Source: an uncultured Thermus sp. (lineage in GTDB: Bacteria; Deinococcota; Deinococci; Deinococcales; Thermaceae). From it: DNA of 64,000 nucleotides. Of this stretch, positions 48,985 through 58,464 are shown piece by piece; the first letter of the stretch is position 1, and each line of letters begins with the position of its first letter. The stretch lies in assembly GCA_947085095.1 (NCBI GenBank), contig CAMTVD010000006.1, positions 1 through 64,000 of the forward strand. Direction: 5' to 3'. A program made the translations under genes and the position numbers. Below the pieces are notes generated by a model. That model saw only the letters and a list, made by a program, of their open reading frames with translations, searched no databases and was not told the DNA's origin.

Positions 48985-50159
48985 AACCGGGGAGGCCGGA
49001 AGGCCAGGAGGGGGCACTCCCTAGGGCACGGGGACCCCTGCAGGAGCTTCCTGGAGCCCAGCTTCACGGCGAGGATCCAGGGATGGGCCCGGCGGCCCGC
49101 CTCCTTGTGCCAGAGAAGCGGGTCCGCCTGGGGAAACTCCTGGGCCACCTCCCGGAAGATGCGCTCCTCCAGGGTCTTGATGGCCTCCCGCACCCGGTGG
49201 CCCGCGTACCACTCCAGGTAGTCGGCCAAAGCCTTCTCCACCAGGGCCTCCACCTTGGGCACCTCCCCCTTTCTGGCCGCCATGTTCTTCTCCACCACCC
49301 GCTCCAGGTCGTCCAGGTTGTAAAGGTAGGCGTGGGGCAGGCGGCCCACCCTTGGGTCAATGTTCCGGGGCAGGGCGATATCTATGAGAAAGAGGGGCTT
49401 GGCCCTCTTGGGCAGGTCCTCCGGCCCCACCAGGTAATGGGGGGCGGCGGCCGAGGCCACCACCAGGTCCGCCTGCTTCAGGACCTGGGGCAGGGCAGAG
49501 AGGGCGTAGGCCTCCCCATGGAAACGCTCCACCAGGGCCCTGGCCCTTTCCTCCGTGCGGTTCACCACCAAGACCCGGCCCACCCCCTGGGCCTTCAGGT
49601 GGGTGAGGAAGAGTTCCGCCATCTCCCCCGCCCCAAGGACGGCCACCACCAGGCCGCTTAGGTCCCCATAGACCGCCAGGGCCAGGTCCAAGGCGGCGTA
49701 GGCCACGCTCACCGCCCCGGCCCCGATTCCCGTCTCGCTCCTCGCCCGCTTGCCCAGGGCGATGGCCGACTGGAAGGCCTTTTCCAAAAGGCTCTCCGTG
49801 GCCCCGTGCTTCCTTGCCAGGAAGAGGGCCTCCCGCACCTGGCCCAGGATCTGGGCCTCCCCCACCACCAGGGAGTCCAGGCCCGCGGCCACCCGGAAGA
49901 GGTGGCGGAGGGCCTCCACTCCCTCCTTCAGGTAGAGGTGGCGGGGCTCCACACCCCTGTCCAACAGAAGAGCCCGGGCTTTCCCCGGGTCCCCTACCCC
50001 ATAAAGCTCCGTGCGGTTGCAGGTGGAGAGGACCACCCCCTTACCCAGGCGGGCCAGGGCCGCGGGCAGGGCCACCGCCGGGTCCAAGGCCACCCTTTCC
50101 CGCACCTCCACCGGGGCGGTCTTGTGGGAGAGGCCCACCAGGTAAAAGGGCAGGGCCAT
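48981..50159 (-). CDS. hemA: Glutamyl-tRNA reductase
   Basis: HKTAPVEVRE, STCNRTE, GEAQILGQV, GAGEM, DIALPRNID. Confidence 0.97.
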   Translation of the reverse strand: MALPFYLVGLSHKTAPVEVRERVALDPAVALPAALARLGKGVVLSTCNRTELYGVGDPGKARALLLDRGVEPRHLYLKEGVEALRHLFRVAAGLDSLVVGEAQILGQVREALFLARKHGATESLLEKAFQSAIALGKRARSETGIGAGAVSVAYAALDLALAVYGDLSGLVVAVLGAGEMAELFLTHLKAQGVGRVLVVNRTEERARALVERFHGEAYALSALPQVLKQADLVVASAAAPHYLVGPEDLPKRAKPLFLIDIALPRNIDPRVGRLPHAYLYNLDDLERVVEKNMAARKGEVPKVEALVEKALADYLEWYAGHRVREAIKTLEERIFREVAQEFPQADPLLWHKEAGRRAHPWILAVKLGSRKLLQGSPCPRECPLLAFRPPRL

Positions 50160-50202
50160 AGTCTTCTGGCAGTATACGGCAGAAGCACAGGGACATAAGC
50201 CC

Positions 50203-50880
50203 CTAGGCGGTCAAGGCCTTTAGGATGGCTTGGATAAGGCCCTGAAGCCCGGGCTCCTCCGCCTCCCAGACGGGAAAGCCGAGCCTTAGGGCCTCCTTAG
50301 CGGTGCTGGGACCAATGCAGGCAGCCTTAGGGCGCCTAGGGGTCCAGCGGGCGAAGGCTCTCGCCCCCGAGGGGCTGAAGAGAGCCACCACCTCCGCCCT
50401 CTGCAAAAGGGCCACCTCCTCCGGGGAAAGCGCCCTCTCCCGGGTGGCGTAGACGGGTAGGCGCTCCACGGGAATCCCCCGCGCCAGGAGGCCCCGCTCC
50501 AGGTCCTCCCCCGCCAGGTCCCCGGCCACGAAGAGGACTTGCCTGGCCTCTGGGAACCCCTCCGCCAGGTCCTTGGCCGTGGCCCTTTGGGGAAGGAAGG
50601 CCGGGGGGAGCCCGCCCCTCCTCAGGACCTCCCCCGTCCCCTCCCCCACGGCCGCCACCCTGAGGGGGGGCCTCCCCGCCCGCTCCCAGGCCAGGAGGAG
50701 GCGCCCCGCCCCCTCCTTGGAGGTCACCGCCACCCAGTCCGCCTCCCCCAGCTTTTCGGGCAGAAGGGCCAGGGCGGGAAGGTCCACCTGCTCCAAAAGG
50801 GCCACCTCCGCCGCCTCAATCCCCAGGGCGGAAAGCCGCTCCAAAAGCGCCCTATCCTTCCCCCTCGTGAGGAGAACCAC
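50203..50880 (-). CDS. hemD: Uroporphyrinogen-III synthase
   Basis: LLTRG, VTSKEG, AVGEGT, VYAT, FSPSG, IGPSTA. Confidence 0.9.
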   Translation of the reverse strand: MVLLTRGKDRALLERLSALGIEAAEVALLEQVDLPALALLPEKLGEADWVAVTSKEGAGRLLLAWERAGRPPLRVAAVGEGTGEVLRRGGLPPAFLPQRATAKDLAEGFPEARQVLFVAGDLAGEDLERGLLARGIPVERLPVYATRERALSPEEVALLQRAEVVALFSPSGARAFARWTPRRPKAACIGPSTAKEALRLGFPVWEAEEPGLQGLIQAILKALTA

Positions 50881-51217
50881 GGCCCTTGAGCACCTTGTGG
50901 AAAAGCTTCATGGCGGCCAGGGCCCGGGGAAAGCCCAGGAAGAGGGCGGACTGGAGGATGGTCTCCCGCACCTCCTCCTCCCTGGCCCCCACCCTGAGGG
51001 CCCCCTCGAGGTGGGTGGCGAGCTCCTTGGGGCTCCCCAGGGCGATGAGGGCGGTGATGGCGAGAAGCTCCCGGGTCTTCAGGTCCAGCCCCGGCCGCGC
51101 CAGGACCTCCTCGTAGGCGAAGTCCCGGATGTAGCGGAAGAGGTCAGGGTCCGCCTCCTGGAGGCTTTTCTCAATGGCCTCCCGCTTCTCTCCCCAGATG
51201 GCCTCCCGCACGCTCAT
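50852..51217 (-). CDS. Carboxymuconolactone decarboxylase family protein
   Basis: RPGLDLKTRELLAITAL, HLEGALRVG, GFPRA. Confidence 0.9.
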   Translation of the reverse strand: MSVREAIWGEKREAIEKSLQEADPDLFRYIRDFAYEEVLARPGLDLKTRELLAITALIALGSPKELATHLEGALRVGAREEEVRETILQSALFLGFPRALAAMKLFHKVLKGRGSPHEGEG

Positions 51218-51873
51218 GCCAGGTAGTCTAGCACCGCAGAAAGGTGGTGGAGGGCCTCGGGGTTCTCCCCCGTGGGGTCAAAGAGGAGGGGGCGCATCCC
51301 CGCCCCTTTAGCCCCCAGGAGGTCGGCCTCGGCGTCTCCCACGTGCACCGCCTCCCCGCCGTCCACCCCCAGGGCGGCCAAGGCCTCCTGGAAGAGCCTG
51401 GGGTCGGGCTTGGCCACCCCGGAGAGGGCGCTCACCGCCAGGTGGTCAAAGTAACGCCTCAGGCCCACGGCCTCGAGGATCTCCGGCAAGGTGGCGTCCC
51501 AGTTGGAGACCACCGCCAGGGGGTAGCCCCGCTCCTTGAGGGCTCTAAGGGTCTCCTCCGCCCCCGGGGCCAGGGGCCAGAAGCGGGGATTGAGCCAGTT
51601 TTTCACCAGCTCTCGGGAGAGCCTCTCCGCCTCCGCCTCGAGGCCCATCCCGGAGAAAAGCCTAAAGTGGAACTCCCGCCAAAGGCCCAGGGCGGTCTCC
51701 AGGTCCCGGGCCAGGAGGTGGTTTTCCTCGTAAAAGCGGAAGGCCCGAAGGACCGCTTCCCGCACATCCCCTTTGGGCCTCAGGCCCTTTTCCTCCAGAA
51801 AGGGCTGGAGCCAGAAGCGGGGGCTCGTCAGGATCAGGGTGTTTCCCACGTCAAAGGTGATGGCCCGGGTCAT
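51214..51873 (-). CDS. HAD-superfamily hydrolase
   Basis: FDVGNTL, VSNWD, KPDP, HVGD. Confidence 0.92.
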   Translation of the reverse strand: MTRAITFDVGNTLILTSPRFWLQPFLEEKGLRPKGDVREAVLRAFRFYEENHLLARDLETALGLWREFHFRLFSGMGLEAEAERLSRELVKNWLNPRFWPLAPGAEETLRALKERGYPLAVVSNWDATLPEILEAVGLRRYFDHLAVSALSGVAKPDPRLFQEALAALGVDGGEAVHVGDAEADLLGAKGAGMRPLLFDPTGENPEALHHLSAVLDYLA

Positions 51874-51953
51874 GGTCTAAGTTTATACCCCCTTCTAACC
51901 CAAGGTTAACCTTGGGCTGCTATGCTTTTCGTAGCCCAAAGGAGGTGGTCCCC

Positions 51954-52514
51954 GTGCGCTGGTTGGTATGGAGCTTGGCCCTTTTTCTTCCCGCCTTGGC
52001 CCAGACCTTTGAGGTGGCCTCCGGGGAGGCCCGGTATAGGGTGCGGGAACAGTTGGTGCAGATCGGCCTCACCGACGCCGTGGGCACCACCAAGGCGGTC
52101 AAGGGGGAGGTGCGCCTCCAGGGCGACCAGGCCACGGGGAGCCTCACCGTGGACCTGAGGGAGCTCAAGAGCGACCAGTCTCGGCGGGACAACTACCTAA
52201 GGCAGAACACCCTCCTGACCGACCGCTTTCCCACGGCCACCTTCCGTCCCAAACGGGTGGAGGGGCTTCCCAACCCCCTGCCCCAAAACGGCAAGCTCCC
52301 GGTGAAGGTGGTGGGGGACCTCACCCTCCGGGAGGTGACCCAGGAGGTGGCCTGGGAGGGAGAGGCGGAGTTTTCCGGCCAGGAAGTGCGGGTCTCCTTG
52401 CGCACCGAGTTTCCCTTTGAGAAGTTTGGTCTGGCCCAGCCCCGGGTATCCATCGTCCTCAGCGTGGAAAACCGCATCCGGCTGGAGGTGGACCTCCTCC
52501 TGAGGCGGAAGTGA
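51954..52514 (+). CDS. YceI-family exported protein
   Basis: Signal peptide; LKSDQSRRDNYLR...FPTATF...GDLTLREVT; GGAGG SD. Confidence 0.9.
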   Translation: MRWLVWSLALFLPALAQTFEVASGEARYRVREQLVQIGLTDAVGTTKAVKGEVRLQGDQATGSLTVDLRELKSDQSRRDNYLRQNTLLTDRFPTATFRPKRVEGLPNPLPQNGKLPVKVVGDLTLREVTQEVAWEGEAEFSGQEVRVSLRTEFPFEKFGLAQPRVSIVLSVENRIRLEVDLLLRRK

Positions 52515-53086
52515 AAAGGCGCGCCCTCCTCTCCCTCTTCCTCACCCTTCCCCTGGCCCGGGGGCAGGCCTGCGTCCCCACCCCTGGCCTCAGCGAGGGA
52601 CCCTACTACCTGCGGCAGGTGCCCGAAAGGAAGGACCTGCGGGAAGGGCTTCCCGGAGTGCCCCTCCGCTTGAGGCTTCGGGTGCAGGACCGGGCCTGCC
52701 GCCCCCTGGTGGGGGCCCGGGTGGACCTCTGGCACACGGACGCCCTGGGCCGCTACTCGGGGATGAACGCCCCCGGGACCTTCTGCCGGGGCTTCGGGCG
52801 CACGGACGCCGAGGGCCTGGTGGAGTTCCTCACCCTCTTCCCCGGCTGGTACCCGAGCCGCACCCCCCACCTCCACCTCCGGGTGGAGGCGAGCCGGGTC
52901 TTCGCCACCCAGCTCTTCTTCCCCGAGGAGGTCCAGCGGCAGGTCTACGCCACCCCCCCCTACCGGGAGCGGGGCCTCCCCCGGGTGGGCAACCGCCAGG
53001 ACGGCCTCTTCCGGGCGGATCTCCTCCTCAGCCTCACCCCTGCGGGGGAAGGGTACGCGGCCAGCTTCACCCTGACCCTGCCCTAG
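52511..53086 (+). CDS. Intradiol dioxygenase-like protein with Tat-like signal
   Basis: xKRRALL; EGPYY, VDLWH, GWY..RTPHLH Fe ligands. Confidence 0.88.
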   Translation: MKRRALLSLFLTLPLARGQACVPTPGLSEGPYYLRQVPERKDLREGLPGVPLRLRLRVQDRACRPLVGARVDLWHTDALGRYSGMNAPGTFCRGFGRTDAEGLVEFLTLFPGWYPSRTPHLHLRVEASRVFATQLFFPEEVQRQVYATPPYRERGLPRVGNRQDGLFRADLLLSLTPAGEGYAASFTLTLP

Positions 53087-54102
53087 CCCGCAAAGAGGAA
53101 GCCGCCCAGGCCTCTCCAGCGCCGGTCCAGCCGCCAGAGGCCCAAGGAGCGGGCCATGCGCCAGGCCGCCTCCACCTCCTCGGGGAAGACCCTGCGGCCG
53201 ATCTCCCGGTAACGGGGGTCTTTCTTGGCCTTCCAGGCGGGGTAGTACTGGTCCATGAGGTTCACGTAGGTGTCCCGGGAAAGCTCCGCCAGCCAGCGGA
53301 GGATGGCCTCGGTTTCCTCCAAAAGCCCCGGCATCACCAGGTGGCGCACCAGAACCCCCCGCACCGCCAGGCCGTCCTCGTCCACCTTGAGCTCCCCCAC
53401 CTGGCGGTGCATCTCGGCGATGGCCCGGCGAGCGGCCTCGGGGTAGTCGGGGGCCAGGAGGTACTTGCGGCTTAGCTCCGGGCTCCAGAGCTTGAAGTCC
53501 GGCAGGTAAACGTCCACCAGGCCCTCCAGCACCCTAAGGGACTCCAGGCTGTCGTAGGCGCTGGTGTTGTAGACCAGGGGCAGCTTAAGGCCCATCCCCA
53601 CCGCCAAGGGCAGGGCCTCCACCACCTGGGGCACCACGTGCTCCGGGGTCACCAGGTTGATGTTGTGGCAGCCCATCTCCTGCAGGCGGACCATGAGCCG
53701 GGCCAGCTCCTTGGGGGAAACCTCCTCCCCTTCCCCCCTCTGGCTTATCTCAAAGTTCTGGCAGAAGACGCAGCGGAGGTTGCACCAGGAGAAGAAGATG
53801 GTGCCCGAGCCCCCCCAGCCCCGGAGGACATCCTCCTCGCCGAAGTGGGGGAAGGCGCTGGCCACCCGGGCGTACCGCCCCGTGCGGCAGACCCCGAAGG
53901 CGTTCGCCAGCCGGTCCACCCGGCACCCCCGGGGACAGACCCGGCAGAAGGGGCCCAGGTGGGAGAGGGCCTCCTCCACCTTTTCCTTTAGGCGCCCCTC
54001 CTCAAAGGCCTTCAGGTAGGCGGGGACAAAATCCTTTCGGGGGATGAGGAACCGTCCGTCCCCGTGGACCTCCCGCGGCACCTTCCAGGACCTCGTGCCC
54101 AT
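53083..54102 (-). CDS. Radical SAM protein (PflX-like)
   Basis: CRVCPRGC, CNLRCVFCQN, HNINLVTP, RHLVMPG. Confidence 0.9.
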   Translation of the reverse strand: MGTRSWKVPREVHGDGRFLIPRKDFVPAYLKAFEEGRLKEKVEEALSHLGPFCRVCPRGCRVDRLANAFGVCRTGRYARVASAFPHFGEEDVLRGWGGSGTIFFSWCNLRCVFCQNFEISQRGEGEEVSPKELARLMVRLQEMGCHNINLVTPEHVVPQVVEALPLAVGMGLKLPLVYNTSAYDSLESLRVLEGLVDVYLPDFKLWSPELSRKYLLAPDYPEAARRAIAEMHRQVGELKVDEDGLAVRGVLVRHLVMPGLLEETEAILRWLAELSRDTYVNLMDQYYPAWKAKKDPRYREIGRRVFPEEVEAAWRMARSLGLWRLDRRWRGLGGFLFAG

Positions 54103-54182
54103 ACTTCCCTAGGCATCCTTTAGCCTACTCCACAAAGGGGCTCGAGGCCCGGGGGCAAGGGGTGCTCTGGTACCCTAAGGCC

Positions 54183-55493
54183 ATGATCGCCCGCTACCAG
54201 ACGCCGGAGATGGCCGCTCTCTGGTCCGAGGAGAACCGGTACCGCATGTGGGCCCTGGTGGAGGCCTACGCCCTCGAGGCCTGGGAGGGTTTGGGCCAGG
54301 TGCCCAAGGGCCTTTCCGAGAGGCTACTCAAGAGGCTTGGGGAAAAGCCCCTCACCGAGGCCTTCGCCCAGAGGGTGGCCGAGATCGAGGCGTCCACCCG
54401 CCACGACCTCGTGGCCTTCACCCGGGCCCTCACCGAGTGGACGGAGGACGAGGAGGTGGGCCGCTACCTCCACCTGGGCCTCACCAGCTCCGACGTGGTG
54501 GACACGGCGCAAAACGCCCTTCTGGTAAAGGCCCTGGACCTCATCCTGGAGGAGCTAAAGGGAGTGGAGGAGGCCCTTAAAGGGCTCGCCCTCCGCTACC
54601 GGCGCACCCCCGCCATCGCCCGCACCCACGGGGTCCACGCCGAGCCCACGAGCTTCGGCCTCCGCTTCCTGAGCTTCTACGCCGCCTTCCAGAGGGACTG
54701 GGAGCGGCTTCGGCGGGCCCAGGAGACCATGGGGGTGGCCATGCTCTCGGGCTCCGTGGGCAACTACGCCCACCTGCCCCCGGAGGTGGAGGCCCACGTG
54801 GCCTCGAGGCTCGGCCTCCGCCCCGAGCCCGTCTCCACCCAGGTGGTGCCCCGGGACCGGCACGCCGAGGTCCTGGCGGCTTTGGCCATCCTGGGGGGGA
54901 ACCTGGAGCGGGTGGCGGTGGAGCTCAGGCACCTGCAACGCACGGAGGTCCTCGAGGCGGAGGAACCCTTCCGGGAGGGGCAGACCGGGAGCTCCTCCAT
55001 GCCCCACAAGAAAAACCCCGTGGGCCTGGAGAACCTCACCGGGGTGGCGAGGCTCTTAAGGGGCTACCTGCCGCCCGCCCTGGAGGACATCGCCCTCTGG
55101 CACGAGCGGGACATCTCCCACTCCTCGGTGGAGCGGGTCATCCTCCCCGACGCCACCACCCTGGCCCACTACGCCCTGAGGCGGCTCAAGGGGATCCTGG
55201 AGGGCCTGGTGGTCCACGAGGAAAACCTGAGGCGGAACCTGGACCTCACCCGGGGCCTGGTCTACTCCCAGCAGGTCCTAAACGCCCTCATCCAGAGGGG
55301 CCTTCCCCGGGACCAGGCCTACGCCCTCGTCCAGCGGAACGCCCTAAGGAGCTGGGAGGAAAAGAGGTCCTTCGCCGAGCTTTTGGAGGAGGACCCGGAA
55401 AACCCCCTCAAGGGCGAGGCCCTAAGGGCCCTCTTTGACCCCGCGCCCTTCCTGAGGCACGTGGACGCCATCTACGCCCGATTTGGCCTCTAG
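54183..55493 (+). CDS. purB: Adenylosuccinate lyase
   Basis: MIARY, HLGLTSSD, RTHGVHAEP, GSSSMPHKKNP. Confidence 0.98.
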   Translation: MIARYQTPEMAALWSEENRYRMWALVEAYALEAWEGLGQVPKGLSERLLKRLGEKPLTEAFAQRVAEIEASTRHDLVAFTRALTEWTEDEEVGRYLHLGLTSSDVVDTAQNALLVKALDLILEELKGVEEALKGLALRYRRTPAIARTHGVHAEPTSFGLRFLSFYAAFQRDWERLRRAQETMGVAMLSGSVGNYAHLPPEVEAHVASRLGLRPEPVSTQVVPRDRHAEVLAALAILGGNLERVAVELRHLQRTEVLEAEEPFREGQTGSSSMPHKKNPVGLENLTGVARLLRGYLPPALEDIALWHERDISHSSVERVILPDATTLAHYALRRLKGILEGLVVHEENLRRNLDLTRGLVYSQQVLNALIQRGLPRDQAYALVQRNALRSWEEKRSFAELLEEDPENPLKGEALRALFDPAPFLRHVDAIYARFGL

Positions 55494-56057
55494 CTACCAC
55501 AAAGAGGGGAGGTGAAGGCGGAAGCCCGGAAGCTCCGGCTCCAGGGAAACGGTCTCCACCCCCTGGAAGCGAAGGGGCTCCTCTTGGGGGCGAAAGACCT
55601 CCACCGCCCGGGCGTAGGGGTCCACCAGAACCCCAAGCCGTACCCCATTCCTCAGGTAAAGGACCATCTTGGACCTGAGCTCCTCTAGGGCTTGGGAGGC
55701 TGAGCGAATCTCAAACACCGCCTCGGGAGCGATGGGGGGAAAACCCTCCCTTTCGGCCTCGGAAAGGGCCTCCCACACGGCCCGCTCCACGAAAGCGGCG
55801 TCGGGGGAAAGGATGGAACCATCCGGAAAACGGAAGCCCGTGGAGGAGTCAAACACCACTCCAAGGCCCTTCTCTTCGTTCCAACGAGCCAACTGATAAG
55901 CCAGCTGTAGGCTCCTCCGGCCGCTTTCTCCTCCTGTGGGGCTCACCCAAAGCCTCCCTTCCGGCGAACGCTCCAGCTGGTACCCGGGATTGAGCTCGGA
56001 AAGGCGGCGGAGTTCCGCCTCGGTGATGGGGTGCGCCAGGTCTAAGACCAGGGCCAT
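55494..56057 (-). CDS. Uma2 (DUF820) family PD-(D/E)xK endonuclease-like protein
   Basis: SPTGGESG, DSSTGF, SPDAAFV, FEIRS, GVRLGVLVDP. Confidence 0.9.
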   Translation of the reverse strand: MALVLDLAHPITEAELRRLSELNPGYQLERSPEGRLWVSPTGGESGRRSLQLAYQLARWNEEKGLGVVFDSSTGFRFPDGSILSPDAAFVERAVWEALSEAEREGFPPIAPEAVFEIRSASQALEELRSKMVLYLRNGVRLGVLVDPYARAVEVFRPQEEPLRFQGVETVSLEPELPGFRLHLPSLW

Positions 56058-56127
56058 GCCTGTCCCCATTGTGGCACAGAGGGGCTTAGAATGGGGAGAA
56101 GGGGCTAAGGGCCCGCTTAGGAGGCGC

Positions 56128-56817
56128 ATGGAAAAGCTCTACGAGGGCAAAGCCAAGATCCTCTACCCCGAGGGGGAAAACCTGAGGGTCTACTTCAAGG
56201 ACGAGGCCACCGCCTTCAACGCGCAAAAGAGGGGCCTGATCCCCGGCAAGGGAGTGGTGAACAACAAGGTCTCCGCCTTTCTCTTCCGCTACCTGGAAGG
56301 CCACGGCATAAAGACCCACTTCCTCAAGGAGCTCTCCGACCGGGAGATGCTGGTGAGGCGGGTGGAGATCCTCCCCTTAGAGGTGATCCTCCGCTACCGG
56401 GCGGCGGGGAGTTTCGCCAAGCGCTACGGGATAGGGGAAGGCACCCCCTTCAAAACCCCTCTGGTGGAGTTCTCCCTCAAGAACGACGCCCTGGGGGACC
56501 CCCTTATCTGCGAGAACGCCATCCTGGCCTTAGGGCTTGCGGAAGAGGGCGAGCTGGAAAGGGTCAAGGCCACCGCCTTAAGGGTGGGGGAGCTTCTTAG
56601 GGGCTTCTTCGCCCAAAGGGGCCTGGACCTCTGGGACTTTAAGCTGGAGTTCGGGCGCCACGGGAGCGAGATCCTCCTGGCCGACGAGATCAGCCCCGAC
56701 ACCATGCGGCTAAGGGACGAGAGGGGCGAGCCCATGGACAAGGACCGCTTCCGCCGGGACCTGGGCGGCGTGGAGGAGGCCTACCAGGAGGTCCTAAGGC
56801 GCGTTTTGGGGGAGTGA
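56128..56817 (+). CDS. purC: SAICAR synthetase
   Basis: LYEGKAK, FKDEATAFN, DFKLEFG, ADEISPDT, DKDRFR. Confidence 0.98.
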   Translation: MEKLYEGKAKILYPEGENLRVYFKDEATAFNAQKRGLIPGKGVVNNKVSAFLFRYLEGHGIKTHFLKELSDREMLVRRVEILPLEVILRYRAAGSFAKRYGIGEGTPFKTPLVEFSLKNDALGDPLICENAILALGLAEEGELERVKATALRVGELLRGFFAQRGLDLWDFKLEFGRHGSEILLADEISPDTMRLRDERGEPMDKDRFRRDLGGVEEAYQEVLRRVLGE

Positions 56818-56819
56818 AC

Positions 56820-57074
56820 ATGCGGAGATACCAGGCCACCCTGCTCATAGAACTCAAGGAGGGCATCCTGGATCCCCAGGGCCGGGCGGTGGAGGGGGTC
56901 CTGAAGGACCTTGGGCACCCGGTGGAGAGCGTGCGGGTGGGGAAGGTGCTGGAGATCGTCTTCCCCGCGGAAACCCTTTTGCAGGCCGAGGAGAAGGCCA
57001 AGGAGCTGGGCCAGATCCTGGCCAACCCGGTGATGGAAACCTGGACCCTCGAGGCCCTGAAGGAAGTGCCATGA
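56820..57074 (+). CDS. purS: FGAM synthase subunit PurS
   Basis: LKEGILDPQG, VRVGK, LANPVME. Confidence 0.97.
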   Translation: MRRYQATLLIELKEGILDPQGRAVEGVLKDLGHPVESVRVGKVLEIVFPAETLLQAEEKAKELGQILANPVMETWTLEALKEVP

Positions 57075-57754
57075 AGTGGGCCATTATCCGCTTTCCCGGC
57101 TCCAACTGCGACGAGGACGCCCGCTTCGCCCTCAAGAAGGCGGGGATGGAGGCCGAGTTCGTCTGGCACACGGAAAGGGAGCTGAAGGGGTTTGACGGGG
57201 TCTTCCTCCCCGGGGGGTTCAGCTACGGGGACTACCTGAGGGCCGGGGCCCTGGCCGCCAAGAGCCCGGTGATGGAGGCGGTGCGCCACTTCGCCCAGGA
57301 AGGGCGGTACGTGATCGGGGTCTGCAACGGCTTCCAGGTCCTCACCGAGGCGGGGATCCTCCCGGGGGCCCTCCTCGCCAACCTCAACCTCCACTTCACC
57401 TGCAAGGAGGTGGGGGTGCGGGTGGAGCGGGTGGACCTCCCCTTCACCCGGCTCTACCGGAAGGGCCAGGTCCTGAAGCTTCCCATCGCCCACGCCGAAG
57501 GCCGGTACTACGCCGACGAGGACACCCTGGCCAGGCTGGAGGGGGAGGGCCGGGTGGTCTTCCGCTACGCCCCGCTAAAGGGGGAAGGGGACTACAACCC
57601 CAACGGAAGCCTCAACGACATCGCCGGCATCGTCAACGAGAAGGGCAACGTCCTGGGCATGATGCCCCATCCCGAGCGGGCCGTGGACGAAATCCTGGGC
57701 AACACGGACGGGCTTCCCTTCTTCCTGGGAATGGTCAAGGAGGTCGCACGATGA
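57071..57754 (+). CDS. purQ: FGAM synthase glutaminase subunit
   Basis: FPGSNCD, PGGFSYGDYLR, GVCNGFQ, MMPHPER. Confidence 0.98.
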   Translation: MKWAIIRFPGSNCDEDARFALKKAGMEAEFVWHTERELKGFDGVFLPGGFSYGDYLRAGALAAKSPVMEAVRHFAQEGRYVIGVCNGFQVLTEAGILPGALLANLNLHFTCKEVGVRVERVDLPFTRLYRKGQVLKLPIAHAEGRYYADEDTLARLEGEGRVVFRYAPLKGEGDYNPNGSLNDIAGIVNEKGNVLGMMPHPERAVDEILGNTDGLPFFLGMVKEVAR

Positions 57755-58464
57755 AACCCAAAGCCATCACCTTTGACTTCTGGGGCACCCTCTTCACCGA
57801 GGGTAGGGCGTTCATGGAAAAGGTCATGCCCGCCCGGTACGAGATCCTCTTGGACGCCCTTTCCGAAGCGGGCCACCCCGCCGAGGAGGCCGAGGTGCGG
57901 GAGGCCTACCGCCAGGCGGCCTTGGCCTTTGAGGAGGCCTGGAGGGCGGGGGAGCACATGAGCGTTTACGACCGGGTGGTCCGCATCTTCGCCCTCCTGG
58001 GGGCCCCCCATGATCCCGGCCTCGTGGCCCTCACGGCCAGGAGGCTGGAGGAGACCTCTTTGCTGGTGGACCTCGAGGCCCTCCCCGGGGTGGAGGTCCT
58101 GAAGGACCTGGCCAAGAAATACCCCCTGGCCCTGGTTTCCGATACGGGCATGACCCCGGGCCGCCTCGTCCGGGAGCACCTGAGGCGGCGGGGCCTGGAC
58201 CTCTTCCAGGCCTACAGCTTCTCCGACGAGACGGGCTTCGTGAAGCCCAGGCCCGAGGCCTTCCTCAGGGCCTTGGAGGCCCTGGGCGTGCCCCCGGAGG
58301 AGGCCCTCCACGTGGGAGACCTGCCCCAGACGGACATCAAGGGGGCCTTCGGGACGGGCTACCCCTGGGCGGTGCAGTACGTGGGCCTGAGGGAGGTGAA
58401 CGGGGAGGTGGAGCCCACGGCCAAGGTGAAGGACCACCGGGAACTCCTTTCCCTCCTCACGTGA
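57751..58464 (+). CDS. HAD-superfamily hydrolase within the pur operon
   Basis: FDFWGTL, VSDT, KPRP, HVGDLPQTD. Confidence 0.9.
   Translation: MKPKAITFDFWGTLFTEGRAFMEKVMPARYEILLDALSEAGHPAEEAEVREAYRQAALAFEEAWRAGEHMSVYDRVVRIFALLGAPHDPGLVALTARRLEETSLLVDLEALPGVEVLKDLAKKYPLALVSDTGMTPGRLVREHLRRRGLDLFQAYSFSDETGFVKPRPEAFLRALEALGVPPEEALHVGDLPQTDIKGAFGTGYPWAVQYVGLREVNGEVEPTAKVKDHRELLSLLT

Noticed and set aside
50852..53086. Beta-ketoadipate pathway cluster (CMD plus intradiol dioxygenase)
   Set aside because: The genes are on opposite strands in different units, CMD is coupled to hemD, the dioxygenase-like protein looks exported, and no other pca/cat genes are present.
56058..56127. Purine or ZMP riboswitch before purC
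   Set aside because: The leader is about 30 nt with only a weak CTAAG/CTTAG stem; no aptamer consensus.
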